Under the pieces are notes generated by a model. That model saw only the letters and a program-made list of their open reading frames with translations, did not search any database and had not been told where the DNA came from. A program made the translations under genes and the position numbers. Below, piece by piece: positions 26,781 through 41,701 of a stretch of 64,000 nt of DNA (positions are counted from its first letter, which is position 1; each line of letters opens with the position of its first letter). The stretch comes from Enoplolaimus lenunculus (lineage: Eukaryota): contig JASANG010000957.1 in NCBI GenBank assembly GCA_030248215.1, positions 310,001 to 374,000 of the forward strand. Direction: 5' to 3'.

Positions 26781-29700
26781 ACTGGCAGTTTCGATTGCGG
26801 TGACAAATCCAATACCGTTCAGGATCAAAGTTTACTTCAGCAGCTCAGCAACAAACAATGATAAAGAGTCTTTGCCCGGGCTTTCTTTTAAAGCGGACCC
26901 TGTGTTGCCTGGGCAGCAGCAGGTGGCAAAATTCAATTAACTTCAAAGTATAATTTACTACAGTTAATGATTTGCGCATAAAGAAGGTCCAAACATTTAT
27001 CTAATTTAGTTCTTCCGCATTGGCAGATTTGTTTGAGGGGCTCGGAAATGCTACGGAAGGTACGTAGGTATAAACTGAATAGTGTTGAGAGACTGTGTTT
27101 CGCAGCAGATTTCAAACAGCAATAGCTTCCCCAATACCGAACTATTTTTTGTAAAGTATAAAATCTAAAAGCCTTTCACGCAACGCATACTTCACGAGGC
27201 TTACCCTCTCAATATTTAAATATGATAGACATATATACTTGTTTACTTTATGGGTAGTATACTCGCTATCGATCTGACTATGTGGAACATCGCAGAGCTG
27301 CAGGTCTGATGTACAGTTTTAGCTGAAATGTTGGTTTAACTTTTGGACAGAACTGCGGGATTCAAACTTTCAAAACGCCCAGCAAAGTGCTATTTATCAC
27401 ACTTTTGTGTTTGTTAAACAACAGTTTTTGGACCGTAGCAGTCTGTTGACGGCTTAAACACGCGCTTATAAATTCTGCAGCTATGAGAACTGAACTTATA
27501 GTGGCTTTGGTACATATATAATGTATCTGATGGGCCAAAAAGATTAAAGATTAAACCAGCATGATATAAACGGTCACAACAGTGTTCAAGGTATAACTTT
27601 GGGGCCAAAATGGATGAACGCATCTTTATTCGGTTTGGATTTCATCGATTTTATAACCACGCTTTTTATAGGTTGGCCTGGCTGAAAAACAGAGTCGAAT
27701 TTTGACTCAGTTTGTGTAGTTAGGAAAAGCCTATTAATACGGAGAGAGTCAATTTGAATCACCATTTCTTGCAGTGTACTGTTTCTTAAAATTGTAAAAC
27801 ATGGTTTTGCGCCAGGTTACACCAGAAGGCCCACCTCCGGCTCTGATTTACAACGTCAATTCACCATTACCTTTGGCATGAAATACTAGTAGAATTTTGC
27901 TGCATGAGGTGCTACACCCCATACCCCTCATTTGAGGGAACTCAATCCTAAAGGGGCCCGGCCCTAACCGGTTGAAACAAAAACCGCCGAAGTTTTAAAA
28001 CGAGACCGGCTTCTCAAACGGTTCGCTCGCAAGTTTGGAGGCCCGTAACTGCTTGACCCGCCGACTTAAGTAAATACTTAAATTTTGGAGCAAAAACAAA
28101 TAAACGCCAAATGCCAGAAATTTTCATTTTCATAACAGGAATGTATCTAAGTAATACTTTTTCTGTATATCGAGAAGGCATCATGAGTCAACAACTTCAA
28201 TCACACCAAGGTTAGTATACTTATGAACGGGTAATTTGTGGTATATCAAATTTAGTCAACGATTGTTTAACGCTTTTAAAAGACAAAACGTTTAAGTAAT
28301 TACTTATGTACGTACTTAATTTATATGCTAACGTGTACCTTTGCAGGGTTTCGGAAACCCAGCCACTATACATCTAAATTATATATCTTATCTCGGGCTT
28401 CGGCAAAATTTAATCTCCAGCTCAGGTATTTTCACTTACGGTTGAACAGCTGCGTGCCACTGTATGCAGCCGATGGCTTGTTTGGCCAATGTTACTTTGA
28501 GTGACGACCATTTTTACTGGACTATACCTACTGTAGTGGCCCGAATAAGAGGGGGGCTGATATTTATTTGGCCTCTCCAGAGGGACACCCCGTTGTTATT
28601 CGGTTACGGACTGTTATTTATTTTTAAGCCATGCTCCACCGACCTTCGTTACTGATATATATCCGGTACTGCAATTATCCTTTGAATTCAACGATTATTT
28701 GTCGTGTGTCAATAGCTTGGGCGATGATACAAGATTATGCTTAGGAAAGTACTTTTAAAATTTAAGTACGTTTTAAAGTTTCGAACTCAAATTATTTGGT
28801 CCTGGAGCCATTTATGCGCTACAATTAGGGTTAATTGACATTTATGAATTATAATTAGGGTTTAGTGACTCTGTCCACTTACGGACTCTTATTAGAGATA
28901 CGGACTCCAATTGATTCGGACTCAAAATGGGGACCTCTCCCCACTCTTATTACACATCTCCCTCTTATTCAGGTGTAACCAAGTAAAGCTGCTTTTTAGA
29001 CAAAGTCTTTTGCTTTGGCTTTAGGCTAGCAGTAGTTATAGGCTTTTCCTTACCCTGGCCCATGTCAAGATCATGGGTGGAACGTTTTTCTGTTGGACTA
29101 GAACAAAATATCTTGAGCTTTAGGCTATGTTTTTGCTTGGCTTAGGCTTTAGACTAAGGCTTAGGCTTTGGAATAAACTCATTCTTACACTTAAGCTTAG
29201 GCTTTAGCCTTAGGCTTAAGAATATGCTTATAACACTGTTCCGCCCATGTTCTTCACATTGGCCCTTACTCTGATATAAGGCTTAAAAATATTTAGTTTA
29301 CTCTGAGCGATCAAAGTCTTGGCCGCTTGTATAATATATTTCTGCGGTTTTGACGCTTAGTACCAGACACAACTGTAGAATATAACCAGATCTGTCTAAA
29401 CCGACTTTTTAGGCTTCGAAACTATATCAACCAAAACACGAGCTGGTCATTGGTTGAACTTTGCGTGAGTATTTACCAAAAACACAAATCAAATTAGACT
29501 CTTTAACGACATTTGTAAAAAATTGCGTGCTGGTTTAATTTGAGCAGTCAAAATTTTACCCAATCACTGAACAGCTAAGCGCCAGAACCGTAGTAAACAC
29601 AGGATTACGCGACGAAAAGTGCAAGCCTGACAAATCCACTTTACTGGTGTGTTATTTCGGCACAGCCGGAGCCGCCAATACCATACCCCCATTTGGAGGC

Positions 29701-30521
29701 CCCCATCCCTAAAGGGCCCCCAATTTTAGTTGAAACTAAAGCGCCGAAGCCTTAACATGTGTCTGGCTTCTTGCTCGCTTCGCTCGCAAGTTTTGGGGCC
29801 CCACCCTAGAGTTTGGTGGGAACCCACACCCCTGTCTGCTCCGGCACTGATTTTCGGAGGTACAAAACCGAGGGGCGTCAAGAAAGCTCGCGAGCAAAAC
29901 GATCCAAAAGCTAAACGCAATTTTAGCATTGAAAACTAATAGAGAGATTTCCATTGAAATTCAGAAATGTCACAACCCCCCGCCCACGCTGCCCTCTGCG
30001 CTTGTTGTGCTCCTGTCCAAGTTAAACCTGTAAAAGCAACTGGTACTAAAATCAAATTTGATTTAGCTCGAACTTATAACCCTTTGTGCTCAGATCTTTT
30101 AACAAAAGCTGAGACGAACCCAAAATCAGTAGTGAATCGTTTGAGGTGCAGTCGCCATGTGGGTCAGGAATGGCCGGATCGATCGGCCATCGACAAAGAA
30201 CACAATCCTTTTTACGGAAACGGGACGCTGTTGAGACTAAAAAAATTTTGAGCAATCCTGAGTTGATTCATGAATTTTCGTTGTAATTTTGTAATGTTTT
30301 GCCGTTTTTGGGGGCAGAAATTTTGATCGCCATTAACTTAAGAAACAAATACTTAATTCTGATTTGCTATTCGTTTGGAAAATTCGTAGTTATTAACAAA
30401 TAAGATCCAACAGGCTTTATGCGATTCTGATGTACTTTCTAGCATTAAAATATTCGCCCGATTTACCATGCAATTCTAATTTTCAATTTATTAATTTTCG
30501 GATATATTTAAAGTGTATATA

Positions 30522-30766
30522 CACTGTAAATTTCAGTGACTCGATTTTAGATCAGAATGCGTTAAATCCACTCAGAAGCCTGAGCTTTGAATAAGGTTTT
30601 TCAGATCTCAGAATTCAGAATTGATTGAAATCATTCTGAGTTAATTAATCAACTCATTGGAAGTAAATCTGCTCAGAGTGGAGTTGATGTTTCGTGTTGT
30701 TAACTCAGAAATAACCAGAACTGACTTAATCGCGCTATGAGTTGCAATTCATCGGAATTTACAGTG
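30522..30766. mobile_element. CACTGTAAATT-ended MITE with TA flanks and internal ACTCA/TGAGT repeats
   Basis: TA|CACTGTAAATTTC...GGAATTTACAGTG|TA. Related copies at about 34079-34285 and 42135-42386. Confidence 0.7.
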
Positions 30767-31342
30767 TAGGAAGTGTGGAAAAAAATCCATTGCTATCCTC
30801 ATAAGCTCCGAAACTGTTATGACTATTGTTTGATTTTTGGTAGACCATTGCTGCTGTTATGTATATTTCATGTTTATACACGGTTGACGAATCATGTCAA
30901 AAATAAAACGCTATTTCAAACATTCTTCAAAATGTTTCTTTGTAAAGTTAAACATTCTGAAATGCCAAAAGCTAACGTAGCTAACCGCTCTTACCTTTAT
31001 AATCTGTCAAAACGCTATTTTCTCATCACTATATAAACGCTTTTTGCTAAAACGCGAAAAGTGTTTTGTATTTTTTGACACGATAAATAATAAATACCAT
31101 GTATAAGTGCAGTTTGAAATATAACACGTTGCTGTATCATCCATGAAATATCATTTTAAAATTATGCTTATTTTCTAATATTTACTTAGCTAAGCATTTA
31201 ATTTTAAGGATTTCAAAAAATACTCAACGGCCGTTCGTTGTACGCCACACTCGCTAAATATTGAACCAACTTGCGAAATTTGGTTAGTGCCGCGAATGCA
31301 ACGCCGGCGCGTAGTCTTCAAAATTAACGTCTATTGTTGTTG

Positions 31343-31451
<109 letters not shown>

Positions 31452-32322
31452 TTATATAAGCGTTTGAAAAAATGCTGTTTCACAAATTTGAGGTTCCAAA
31501 AGTATTGCTTATAAATTGTCAGATCTGGTGTGTTGCCGCTGCAAACAAGCCCCTCTGTAGGTGCAATACGATACCGCTGGTATTGTTTAGGATTTTAAAC
31601 AATTCTCTGGTTAAAGTATACTCTGAACTGTATATTAAATTTTAAAAAAATCTTTTCTAATTTTTATAAATGGTTTGCTGTTTTTTATCCAAAAAATTTG
31701 AGGCCGTTTGCGAAGGCGTAAGAAACGCGTTTCAGCTATACATAGTTTGAGCTGTATAAACTGTAGTGACCCGAATAAGAGCAGCGGTATTAAGTGGGGG
31801 TCTCCATTTTGAGTCCGGATCAATAGCGTAAGCGTTGCAGATAGGTATTCTTAAGCTTAAGCCTAAGCCTAAGCATAATCAAAGCAAAAATTGTAGTCTA
31901 GAATGTAGGTCTACTCTTTTACAGACCCATCAGAAAACGGGACGTCCCTAAAATCACCATGAGCCGGAGTCCGTATCCCTAATAAGAGTTCGTACGCGAA
32001 TAGAGCCCTAAACCATAAGAATCCATATTGTTAATTATATATCCCTAATTTTAGTACGTAATTGACTCCAAGACCAAATAAAGTTGAGCTCGAAACTTTA
32101 AAGCATAATTAAGTTGTTTTGAATGTACATTCCTATTAAGTATAACCTTGCATTATCGCTCAATGTTTTGATACAAGACAAATAAACGTTTAATTCAACT
32201 GGTGGTTGCAATACCGGACATGTCAGTAACGAATTGCGGCGGCGTCCGGCTTAGTAAAGTATAACGCAACCCTTACACCCATCTTATAGTCGTCTCCTAT
32301 CTGGCTCCCTACAATAAATAAC

Positions 32323-32359
32323 AATAATAATAGTAATAATAATAATAATAGTAATAATG

Positions 32360-32439
<80 letters not shown>
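32323..32439. repeat. (AAT)n microsatellite
   Basis: About 115 bp of AAT with a few variants. Shorter AAT tracts at 14449-14483 and 23877-23904. Confidence 0.95.
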
Positions 32440-34874
32440 TACATAATTGAATTCAAACGCAGTTTGCTCAATAATTACGCTCAGCTAAACAAAACCTACA
32501 AAACATTTTGTTGAGACACCCTGGTATAATTAGCGATTATGGGTTGTGTACATTTGTTAGCACCCAGTTTGAACCGTAAGGCTGTCATGAGACAAAGACT
32601 TAATGTAGTAAAATGACCACAAAAGCGAAATTATCTAAAAGTCATTTTAGACGCATTTTCATTTCTATTATGTATGACGAGCATCCGAGGCAATGCTTCA
32701 TGCAACATTTGGCTTTACTACAGTTCCACAAACTTTGCAAAAAAATGGTGAGTCAAATTGACTCTTTCCCAAATAGGCTCTACGGGACCGCACAAACTGA
32801 GTCAAATTCAGCTCCGCCATAGTCAAATGCAATTAACCGAGTCGCACGTTTGACTCTGGTGGAGACGAATTTGACACTCAGTCTGTGTAATCTCGTAGAG
32901 CCTATTTCGGGGAGAGTCGATTTGACTCACCATTTTTTGCAGTGACGGTTAAGGCATAGGATTGTGTAAAAGGTTAGGCAAACGATATATTTGGGTAAAT
33001 TTTGTCTAACGGACACTTTTACACACACTTAATGCAGTGCCGGGCGGGGACTCCCTCCAAACATCAGGGTGGAAGCCACCAACCTTGAGAACGAAGCGAG
33101 CAAGAAACCAGACGCAATTTAAAGCTTCGACGCTATAGTTTTAGGCGTTCTTGTTTAAATCTGTTAAGGTGGGGGCACTTTTAGGGGAGGGCGCCCCAAA
33201 TACGATTATGGGACGTTGCTGATCCGGCCCTCACTTACTGGTACGGTTTAGGCTTACAATATAGCTGCAGGAGTGTGATGTTGTACTCTGGACCAGTTGC
33301 TGTCTCACGGATAACCAGAACCCCTCTCACAGTAAACGTGGTTCAATGTTCGTGTAAAATTAAAATAACTACCAGGGGTACACAGTCCCAACTCAATCCT
33401 TTCTATCGCTCACCCCTGTCGAACAGCTGTAACGTCTAGAACGTTAGACTGGTTGTAGGACAACAGTGTGTAGCTTATGAAGTAAAATAGTAAGGAATCG
33501 AGTTAAAAATTAATAAAACGCTATTCGAAACGCATTTGCGTTTCAAACCGCATCTTTCAAAACGTTTTTTGTAAGTGGAGAAACTCTGAAATGAATAAAT
33601 CGCGTCACTGAACGCTGTAATTTGAAGTGTGCGTCAAAACGCTATTTTCTCATCAGTATAAACGCTGTTTTTTCGAAATGCCAAAAACGTTGTGAATTTG
33701 TTGCAAAATTGCGAAATTAAACAAGGATGGTGAAAAATGGATATCTGGCCATCTTTTCCAGCGGTTCCGAACCGCATTTAGTGCCGTATCGAGTGTTGTT
33801 TTTGTATTTTGTTCCATTTTCCTTGGTATCTGGTGCAATATTTGTTGTTATGTTTTACGAAAGTTGACCCATGTTACTTTAAGGGACGTCCAGGTTTCTG
33901 GTGGGTTTATCAAAGTGTAGGTTTAGATTCTAGATTACATTTTTGCGTAGGGTTTAGGCTTGAGCTAGGCTTAGACTTAGGAACACGATTTTGCAACGCT
34001 TAGGCTTAGGCTTTAGGCTAAGGAATACGACCGAAGTAAATCGTAGCAGTGCGCGACCTCTTTTTGTCTCATGAGCCCACACAATAAATTCCGATGAGCT
34101 GATTAATCAACTCACAGAGAGAATTAGTCATTTCTGAGTTAATTCTGGGTGAGTTGATTAAATAACTCAGAATGAGTTAAATCAATTCAGATTTACGAGT
34201 TCTGAAAGACCTAATTCAGAGCTCAGACTTCTGAGTGGATTCAACACATTCTGAGTTTAAAATCAACTCACTGAAATTTAGAGTGCATGAAAAAAAACCT
34301 CTGATTTGATATTGTAATAAAATTTATATACGCATTTTTGAACCTTAAATCCTATCAATTTTCATGCATACTGCGGTTATGGAATATAATAAGAATTATC
34401 CAAACTTGGGTTACGTTCTGCAAAAATTTTGAAGTAGAGTTACTTTAGTTTTCCTAAATCGCAATCAGTTGCAACGAAGCGGATGTAAACGTTTTGTAGT
34501 CAACTTTACAAAATAAGCGAGCTTATTGGTATCTAGAATTTTGAACTGTAGACTGTTTCTAGTGCTACTTCAAGAAATCCGTTAATTACTGGCGTTAAAA
34601 CACAGGGCTACTTGTAATGTGGCCCATGTTACATTAACGAGCGTCCAGGTTTCTGGTGGGCCTATAAAAGAGTACGTTTAGATTCTAGATTACATTGTTT
34701 TTTGCTTAAGCCTTGACTTATGCTTAGGCTTAAGAACACATTCTTGCAACGCTTAGGCTTATGCTTAGGCTTAGGAATACGCATAATCTACTGTTACGCC
34801 CCTTAAAGTAACATTGGCCTGTAATGTTGTCCAAGTTCACTGTCCGCGTGATTGGAATATATACAAGCTATTGT

Positions 34875-35228
34875 CAGTGGCGGATCCAGGATCTCAAAAT
34901 GGGGGGGGGGCAAAAATTTCACAGGTAATAAACTTATTTTTGACCAACACACAAACCACGAACTATTGTCATAAAATTGACTTCTTTACGTTCGTTCAAT
35001 TGAGATGAATCTCAAATAAAACTAACGCATCAACGCAATTTAGTTCTAAACAACAGAGTGGCAACGTAGGTTCGGATTTGGTTTCAAACAACAACAAATT
35101 TAAAGTCTCGGATTCGGAAGTCAATTGAAATAAACAGCGTATACAGCAAGTGACACTCTAAACAATTTTTGACGAGATGCTATTGGAGGGGCCACGGCCG
35201 GGGTGGCTCCCCCATGGATCCGCCATTG
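34875..35228. mobile_element. hAT MITE (CAGTGGCGGATCC TIR) with a perfect 8-bp TSD
   Basis: GCTATTGT|CAGTGGCGGATCCA...TGGATCCGCCATTG|GCTATTGT. Confidence 0.85.
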
Positions 35229-35727
35229 GCTATTGTGGACGAATCGGAGCGGCATTTTAGTGAAGATGGCAACGTAGTAACCGGGACTCGCAGGATATCG
35301 CATCCCTCTGTCATTGGAGTTCTTGTAAGCTTTGACGGAAGCTGCACTGAACAATTTTTGATCAAATGTAAAAACGAGTTGGTTTGTTTTATGTTTGGGT
35401 TTCTGCTCTAAACCTATATAAAATTCTGCTCGACGGGTCCAACCGAGCCGCACCCTGGCCGAATGCGATTGGCCCGGAGCCTGAAAAACCGGACCAGTTC
35501 GAACCCTGTGGAGTACGCCTCTTCCATGTCGGAAATTTTTCGTGATAAAATGATAAGGTCACTCCTATCTTACATGTTTTGTTTTTCACAAAATTGGCAC
35601 TTCAGACAGTAAAAATTGCCTTTCAAAACTTTTGCCAGCCCGCCATCCTGTCACGAATTTGTAGATTTGTCGCTGTAGCGGGGAGGGCGGCTTGATTTAG
35701 TATCTTCAGGCTTTTATGCCAATGTTA

Positions 35728-35932
35728 CACTGCAAAAAATGATGCGTCAAATTGACTCTCTCCGAAACTGGCTTTTCGAGACAACACAAGCTGAGTCAAA
35801 TTCGAATACGCCAGAGTCAAGCGTGCATGTGTCAAATTTGACTCTGGCGTAGTCGAAATTTGACTCAATTTGTGTAGACCCGAAAAGCATGTTTCGGAGA
35901 CAGTCTAGTTTGACTCACCACTTTTTGCAGTG
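35728..35932. mobile_element. Palindromic ~205-bp CACTG MITE (CMC/Mirage/EnSpm-like termini, TA flanks)
   Basis: TA|CACTGCAAAAAA...TTTTTGCAGTG|TA, almost fully self-complementary with repeated GAGTCAAATT/TTTGACTC. Other copies at about 2030-2112, 27670-27776, 32736-32944, 37745-37850, 40184-40391, 42430-42635, 44400-44577 and 48598-48808. The superfamily call is tentative. Confidence 0.75.
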
Positions 35933-38679
35933 TACTTTTGGGACGTAACAGTACGCTAAGCATATTTTTCGGTTTGTAAAAACGTTTTTATTTCAGAGAA
36001 AATAAAACGCGGTATTCGAAAAACGGGCCCATGTAAAGATCAGGGGCGCAACGTTTTTCTGTGGGACCAGCAAAGAGTAAGCGTAAACTTTACACTAATT
36101 TTTTACTCAGCTTAGGCTTAGGCTTAAGCTTAGGAATATGCTCATTCTTACACTTAGACTTTGACTTAGGAGTATGCTTATTCTTACATATAGGCTTAGG
36201 GCTTAGGAATAGACTCATTCTTACGCTTAGGCTTAGACTTAGGCTTAGGAATATGCTCATTCTTACACTTAATCTTAGGCTTAGGAATATGCTTATAATA
36301 CTGTTCCGCCCCTGTTCTTTTCATTGGCCGAAAAACGTTAAACATTCTCAAAAAGAATACGATTCGTTGTAAGGTGATACTCCAATTTTAATTAAGGTTT
36401 CAAGTAAATTTTTTTGTTTGAGAAATTATGCAACATGAGAGAATGTGGTATTTCGAAGCCGGTTTATATTTATTTATAAATCTCTCAAAATCCACTTTCA
36501 GCGTATCCGAATAAGATCCATTTTATAAGCGTCTACCCCACCTGATGTGCTACAAAAGTCACTACGTTTGGTTTTCAATAAGACTATTGGCAGACTCCGC
36601 ACATGACGCGGGGGTGTTTATTGAATTTTTCAAAAATTCAAATTTGGGCGCTGAATCAGCACAGCGGAGGTCATCAGAAGCGCAAATATGTAAAAAGTTT
36701 CAAAATCGAACCATTTTTGAAGCCGACGCCGGCTGAGGAGAAAATCACAAAAACCCTGGCTGTATGTGAAATTCTATAAAACAATGACTAAATGCTTTTC
36801 GCGGAACCCACCTGAAAATTTTCAACCTTGCGTTGTATAGTCAACAACAAAACCCTTGTACGCCCCTCCTGAAAGTTTTTTCTAGCCCTCCAAACACAAT
36901 GAGCTGGCTACGGGTGTGTTCCTTTGAGAAACTGCAAAAGACAAAGACAAAAGTATACTCTTCAACTGAAAAATCGCTGAATCTGTCACAACTATGAACG
37001 TATATTTAAAAATATTCGTCAATTTCATTTGTCAATTTTCATTTTTTGTCATTAATTTTAAGCTTTAAAAAGTCAACAAAATTACAGTTTGAATTTGAAA
37101 GAAAACATTCAGGTTTTTTCTAAGTCATTTATTTATTCGAATTATAATTATTGCTCATTAACATTCTGCTCTCGGGCCGTAAAGCTTCGGTAAAAAAGTA
37201 TTATACATAAATATAAATATATATATAAGAAAAACATAAAAATCTGATTTTTTGGCCGAAAAAGTATTATTTTGCTTTTTACCAGTTATCCGTGATGTAC
37301 GGACACGATCAGAAAATAAGATGCATTTGATTTTGTGTTACAAAACATGAAAAGGTCACCACCAAAAACAACTAGAGCTTCACTATTAACCCTTTCTCAC
37401 ACGAATATTTTCAATTTCATATGAGATACACTTTCAAGGTAAGATTCGATCCCCAGTCTCAGTGGTGGAAGGTGTTCACGATGACCACTGGTATTACTCG
37501 TACATTATTGTGTTTAGTTGCTCACAGTATACTCTATGAGTGAAAGGGTTATAGATACTAAGTAAGAATTTTTTCATTAATGGCAAAAAGAAACTCGCGA
37601 ACGAAGTGAACGAAAAGCCAAAATAACGCAATGCTTAATAGTTGAATTTTCGAGAAGGTGCTAAGTTTTTTGCCATCGCATAACTGATAGATTTAGTTGG
37701 GAAAATGACGCAGAGGTGCGATTGCAGCAACGACACTGAATTCACAGCAAAAATGGTGTGTGAAATGGACTCTTTCCGAAATAGGCTTTCTGGACTACAC
37801 AAACTGAGTCAAAACTCGACTCCGACAGAGTTAAATTCGACTCACTGGCGGTGTGGTATCCTGAATGTATTTCCCCACAAGATCACTTTCATTGGGCAAT
37901 TTACCTCTGGACAGAGAGTCCGTCCTGGGGAACTCTATCCCACAGAACTTTCTTACAATTTACCCCGAGAAGGTAAATTACAGTGTGAAATTATATCCCG
38001 TTTAAGTTATCTCTAAACTTAAGGTCTTCTTTGGCTATTTCAGCCCCACCTCAGTATGATCTTTAAATATGGCCCGTGGGAATTTTAGGGACTTGCCGTC
38101 TTCCCGCAGGACTGTAATAGAGTAACCTCATGTTTTAGACAACTTTTTGTTCTGGCTTGGGTATACTTTAACGACTCTCGTTACGCTGAGCTGAGGCATG
38201 CGTCCAGGGTATGGTTTAAAAGTTACTGTTATGCAAGTAACAGCAACATTGGCCAAAATTATCATCAAAACTAGACCGCTTAAATGTTAAAAAGCTAAGC
38301 AGACGAAATTTTCAAAAGTTTTAGACTCTTGCTAATTTGCGTTAACCATGCCCTAACGCGTGTCCAGGCTCGTAACCTGCTCATCTTGCTAAAGGGGGGC
38401 TAAAATTTTTCAAGAGGGCATACAAGGGATTTCGTTGACTTACAAGCAAGGTTGAAAATTTTCGAGGGATGGCCCAATCTTACCAGGGGGCTGAGTTCTC
38501 TTTGCTCCCCTTGACCACGGGCACGGGTATGGCTATTACACATGACCATTTTGAAAATTGACACGTGGTAACCCTCTCTATACTGTGGTCGGCGGAATAA
38601 TGAAATTTTTTATTACGAACGATGCATAAATACGCAGTGCATGTGAAAAATGACGGAGCCGGAGGTCAACGAATCTGGC

Positions 38680-38905
38680 CGGAGCTGGAGCCCAACCGGA
38701 GCCGGAGCTGGAGCCGGAACTGGAGCCGGAGCTGGAGCCGGAACTGGAGCCGGAGCTGGAGCCGGAACTGGAGCCGGAGCTGGAGCCGGAACTGGAGCCG
38801 GAGCTGGAGCCGGAACTAGAGCCGGAGCTGGAGCCGGAACTGGAGCCGGAGCTGGAGCCGGAACTGGAGCCGGAGCTGGAGCCGGAACTGGAGCCGGAGC
38901 CGGAG
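38680..38905. repeat. 24-bp minisatellite (CCGGAGCTGGAGCCGGAACTGGAG)n inside a hAT-family MITE that ends at about 39186
   Basis: About 8-9 units. The downstream sequence matches the 2427-2778 element and ends CTGGTTGTACCCTG. Confidence 0.8.
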
Positions 38906-40696
38906 ATCACGCGAAATCATAGGTAGTACAACGATGGTTTGTTCGTTAGTTAATTTTTGCCAACATCTGCAATACGTTATTAAATTGTTTGGTTTTACGC
39001 TAATTTTCTCCGATATTTCAGAAGTTCTTTCTTGAAAATTGTAACAAAAGTGAAACAAAACGCGCTAAACAGATATATTTTGCAAAATTATGCAATTTTT
39101 TACCGTCGAAATTGCCGGAACCTCCGGCAAATATTGTACCGGAGCCCGCAGCCGGAGCTGGAGGCAGATCTCTGGTTGTACCCTGTCTGGAAGGTATTTT
39201 GCCATATTAATTAATCGAGCTTAAAACGACCACTACTGTTTATTGTTTATTAATATTATTAATTTAGTTGCACACAATATATTACTTAATTTCGTGAGCA
39301 ACTGTGTTCTTGCGTAAATAAGACATATTTCAGGATTCAAGTTTAATTGAATAAATTTCCAAAAAAAATGTGTCCGTGCCAAGAAAGTAATTTTTCCCAT
39401 GACACCGGATGTGAAATTGAAAATATTGCCAATCAAAGCGAGCGAGAAGCCAAACGCAATTTTAGTACTGTATCACCTATCGTACAAAGCTAATCAGGTT
39501 GGTGTCAGCTCGGAGTGGGATCCGATCCATACTGAGAGGGGCAGAGACTTGAACGGCCTTTAAACGTTGGATTTGTCAGCCATCAGGTTTAACTGAGTTT
39601 TATTGTTAAAACGTTTCCTTGCAGAAGATTTATCTTTATTTCAACACGGTTTGCTGGCTTTGGATTTTTAGCCAACTCGGGTTTTGGTAAAAAAAATGTA
39701 CACTTAAAATTCATGCATTATTGATGTGACTTTGTTGAGTTGTGGCACAGTTTTGCTTGCATCTTCAGCTACAAACAGTATTCGTTTCGCTTTTAAACAC
39801 AATATATACCTGTGTTGTGACAGTTTTAGCTATAAAATTAACTAGTACACGTAGTTGCACACAAATGTTCAACTGGACTAAGGCTTCTCCGGTTCTAGGC
39901 TAAATTGTTGCCTGGTCCCCTCATATTTTAGTGAAATAGTGCTCTACAGAAATGTAAAACACTTGCGAAACAATTGGTTTTCGCAATGCATACAGTCTCA
40001 ATTTGCATACGTAACGTAAACAAAAATCTGTTGGAACGCCGCCCAAAATACGTATGTGGCGCGTTCCAGCTTTAATATATAGATTTACTGCTATAACATC
40101 AATGACGAATCACTCAAACCAGCGTTGCCGAGCTGAAAATTTACGCATTGGAAACAGTTCATTTGAAAATCGAAATAACATTGCACTGTAAAAAATTGTG
40201 AGTCAAATTGACCTTCTCCGAAATACACTTTACGGGACTACGCAAACTGTGAGTCGCATTCCACTCCGCCAGAGTCAAACGTGTGACTCACTTTGTCAAA
40301 TTTTACGTTGGCGGAGTCGAATTTGACTTAATTTGCGCAGTCTCGTACAGCTTATTTCGGAGAGGCAATTTGATTCACCATTTTTTGTAATGCGGCGGAT
40401 TCTGTAATTTGTCCATGGGAGGTAAGGGTGGTCATATAGATTAATGAAAACTTGTCGTAAAATGTGCCACTTACATTCCCACGATACCGTTGGTTTTGGT
40501 TGCACAAGAATTGTCCGCCCTGTTTATTTTTTCTGTGGACACAATAGATTATCGCAGTATAACTCTGAGTGGACACCATTTTAGCCAGCTACCGCGTCCA
40601 TGCACAGTTTTCGTTTTCCACGAAATGTCCGCATATTGTTTTCGTTTTGAAAAAATGTCCGAGGACCAAACGTTAGAGCTATCTTAAAAGTTTCTC

Positions 40697-40910
40697 GCCA
40701 AAATTTGAATTTTCCTACCAAAATTTGAATTACTCGTCAAAATTTGAATTTTCCCGCCGTAATTTCAATTTCCCGCCAAAATTTGATTTCTGTCAAGATT
40801 TGAATTTCGCGCCAAAATTTTAATTTTCCAGCAAAAATATGAGTTTTGCCACAAAATCTTAAATTTACCACCAAAATTTGAATTTGCCGCCAAAATTTGA
40901 ATTTTCCCAT
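40697..40910. repeat. Degenerate ~19-20-bp minisatellite (CCAAAATTTGAATTTTCCCG-like)
   Basis: About 10 imperfect units. Confidence 0.75.
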
Positions 40911-41432
40911 CAAAAAACAGTGGAAAAAACACGCATTACTGACAGGTTTTTGTTCTTTCGAATAAGTCAGATTTGTTATATTTGCGTCCGAACGTCTTAT
41001 ATTTAGCTGTCCGAACATAGTTTCTTATATACCATTGGCGTCCAGTACTAGCTATACATGTTACCGCGGACGGTATAGCTTGTCCAGTTAACGTTTAATG
41101 AACAATATAGAGTTTTTACAAACGACTGAACATTTTGTGTGCAATTCAAACCAATGGTAACGTGGCACTGTCATAATTTGGAAATATGCAAACACAGTTT
41201 CGCAAAAACGGTGAAATTAGCTTCATTGTAGTAGTTTCATATCCGCCTGGGATCGGATCCATAGTTTGTCGGTAGAAAATCGGAGGTTGGGCAAGCCGCT
41301 CTTTTCAAGTTAGCGTTGAATTAAATTGGCAGTTTGTTTGTTCTACTGATTAAAATGTTTTGAAACAAATGCGTATGTGCATGTTTATGTATATGAAATG
41401 GGTGTAACCAAGAGTGAATATTCGCTATTTAA

Positions 41433-41701
41433 CAAGAGTGTGCAACTGGACACATTTTGTGTAGAAAAGAATGTACCCGGCACGCGTTGCGTTTTAGCCC
41501 TCTTCCCCCTTAAATTAGAGGGGTACAACCGGTTCGAATTATAGCACTATGTATGCGGCGACATACATGCTCCCCTGGCAGTTTAATTTAGAGGCATTCC
41601 TGTGATAGCGACTCCCCTCTAAACAAAGGGGACGGCCAAAAACGCAACGTCCGGTGGTACATTTTGTACTATGCGGGACCCCAAGAGTTGCACATTTTTA
41701 T
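41433..41701. mobile_element. MITE with CAAGAGTGTGCAACT termini; inverted second copy at 48973-49243
   Basis: Terminal inverted repeats CAAGAGTGTGCAACT / AGTTGCA(C/T)A(C/T)T(C/T)TT, and the internal sequence is shared between the two copies in opposite orientation. Confidence 0.65.

Noticed and set aside
38578..38922. GAGAGT silk-like and SGSS ORFs
   Set aside because: A minisatellite inside a non-coding hAT MITE, with no splice or gene context.
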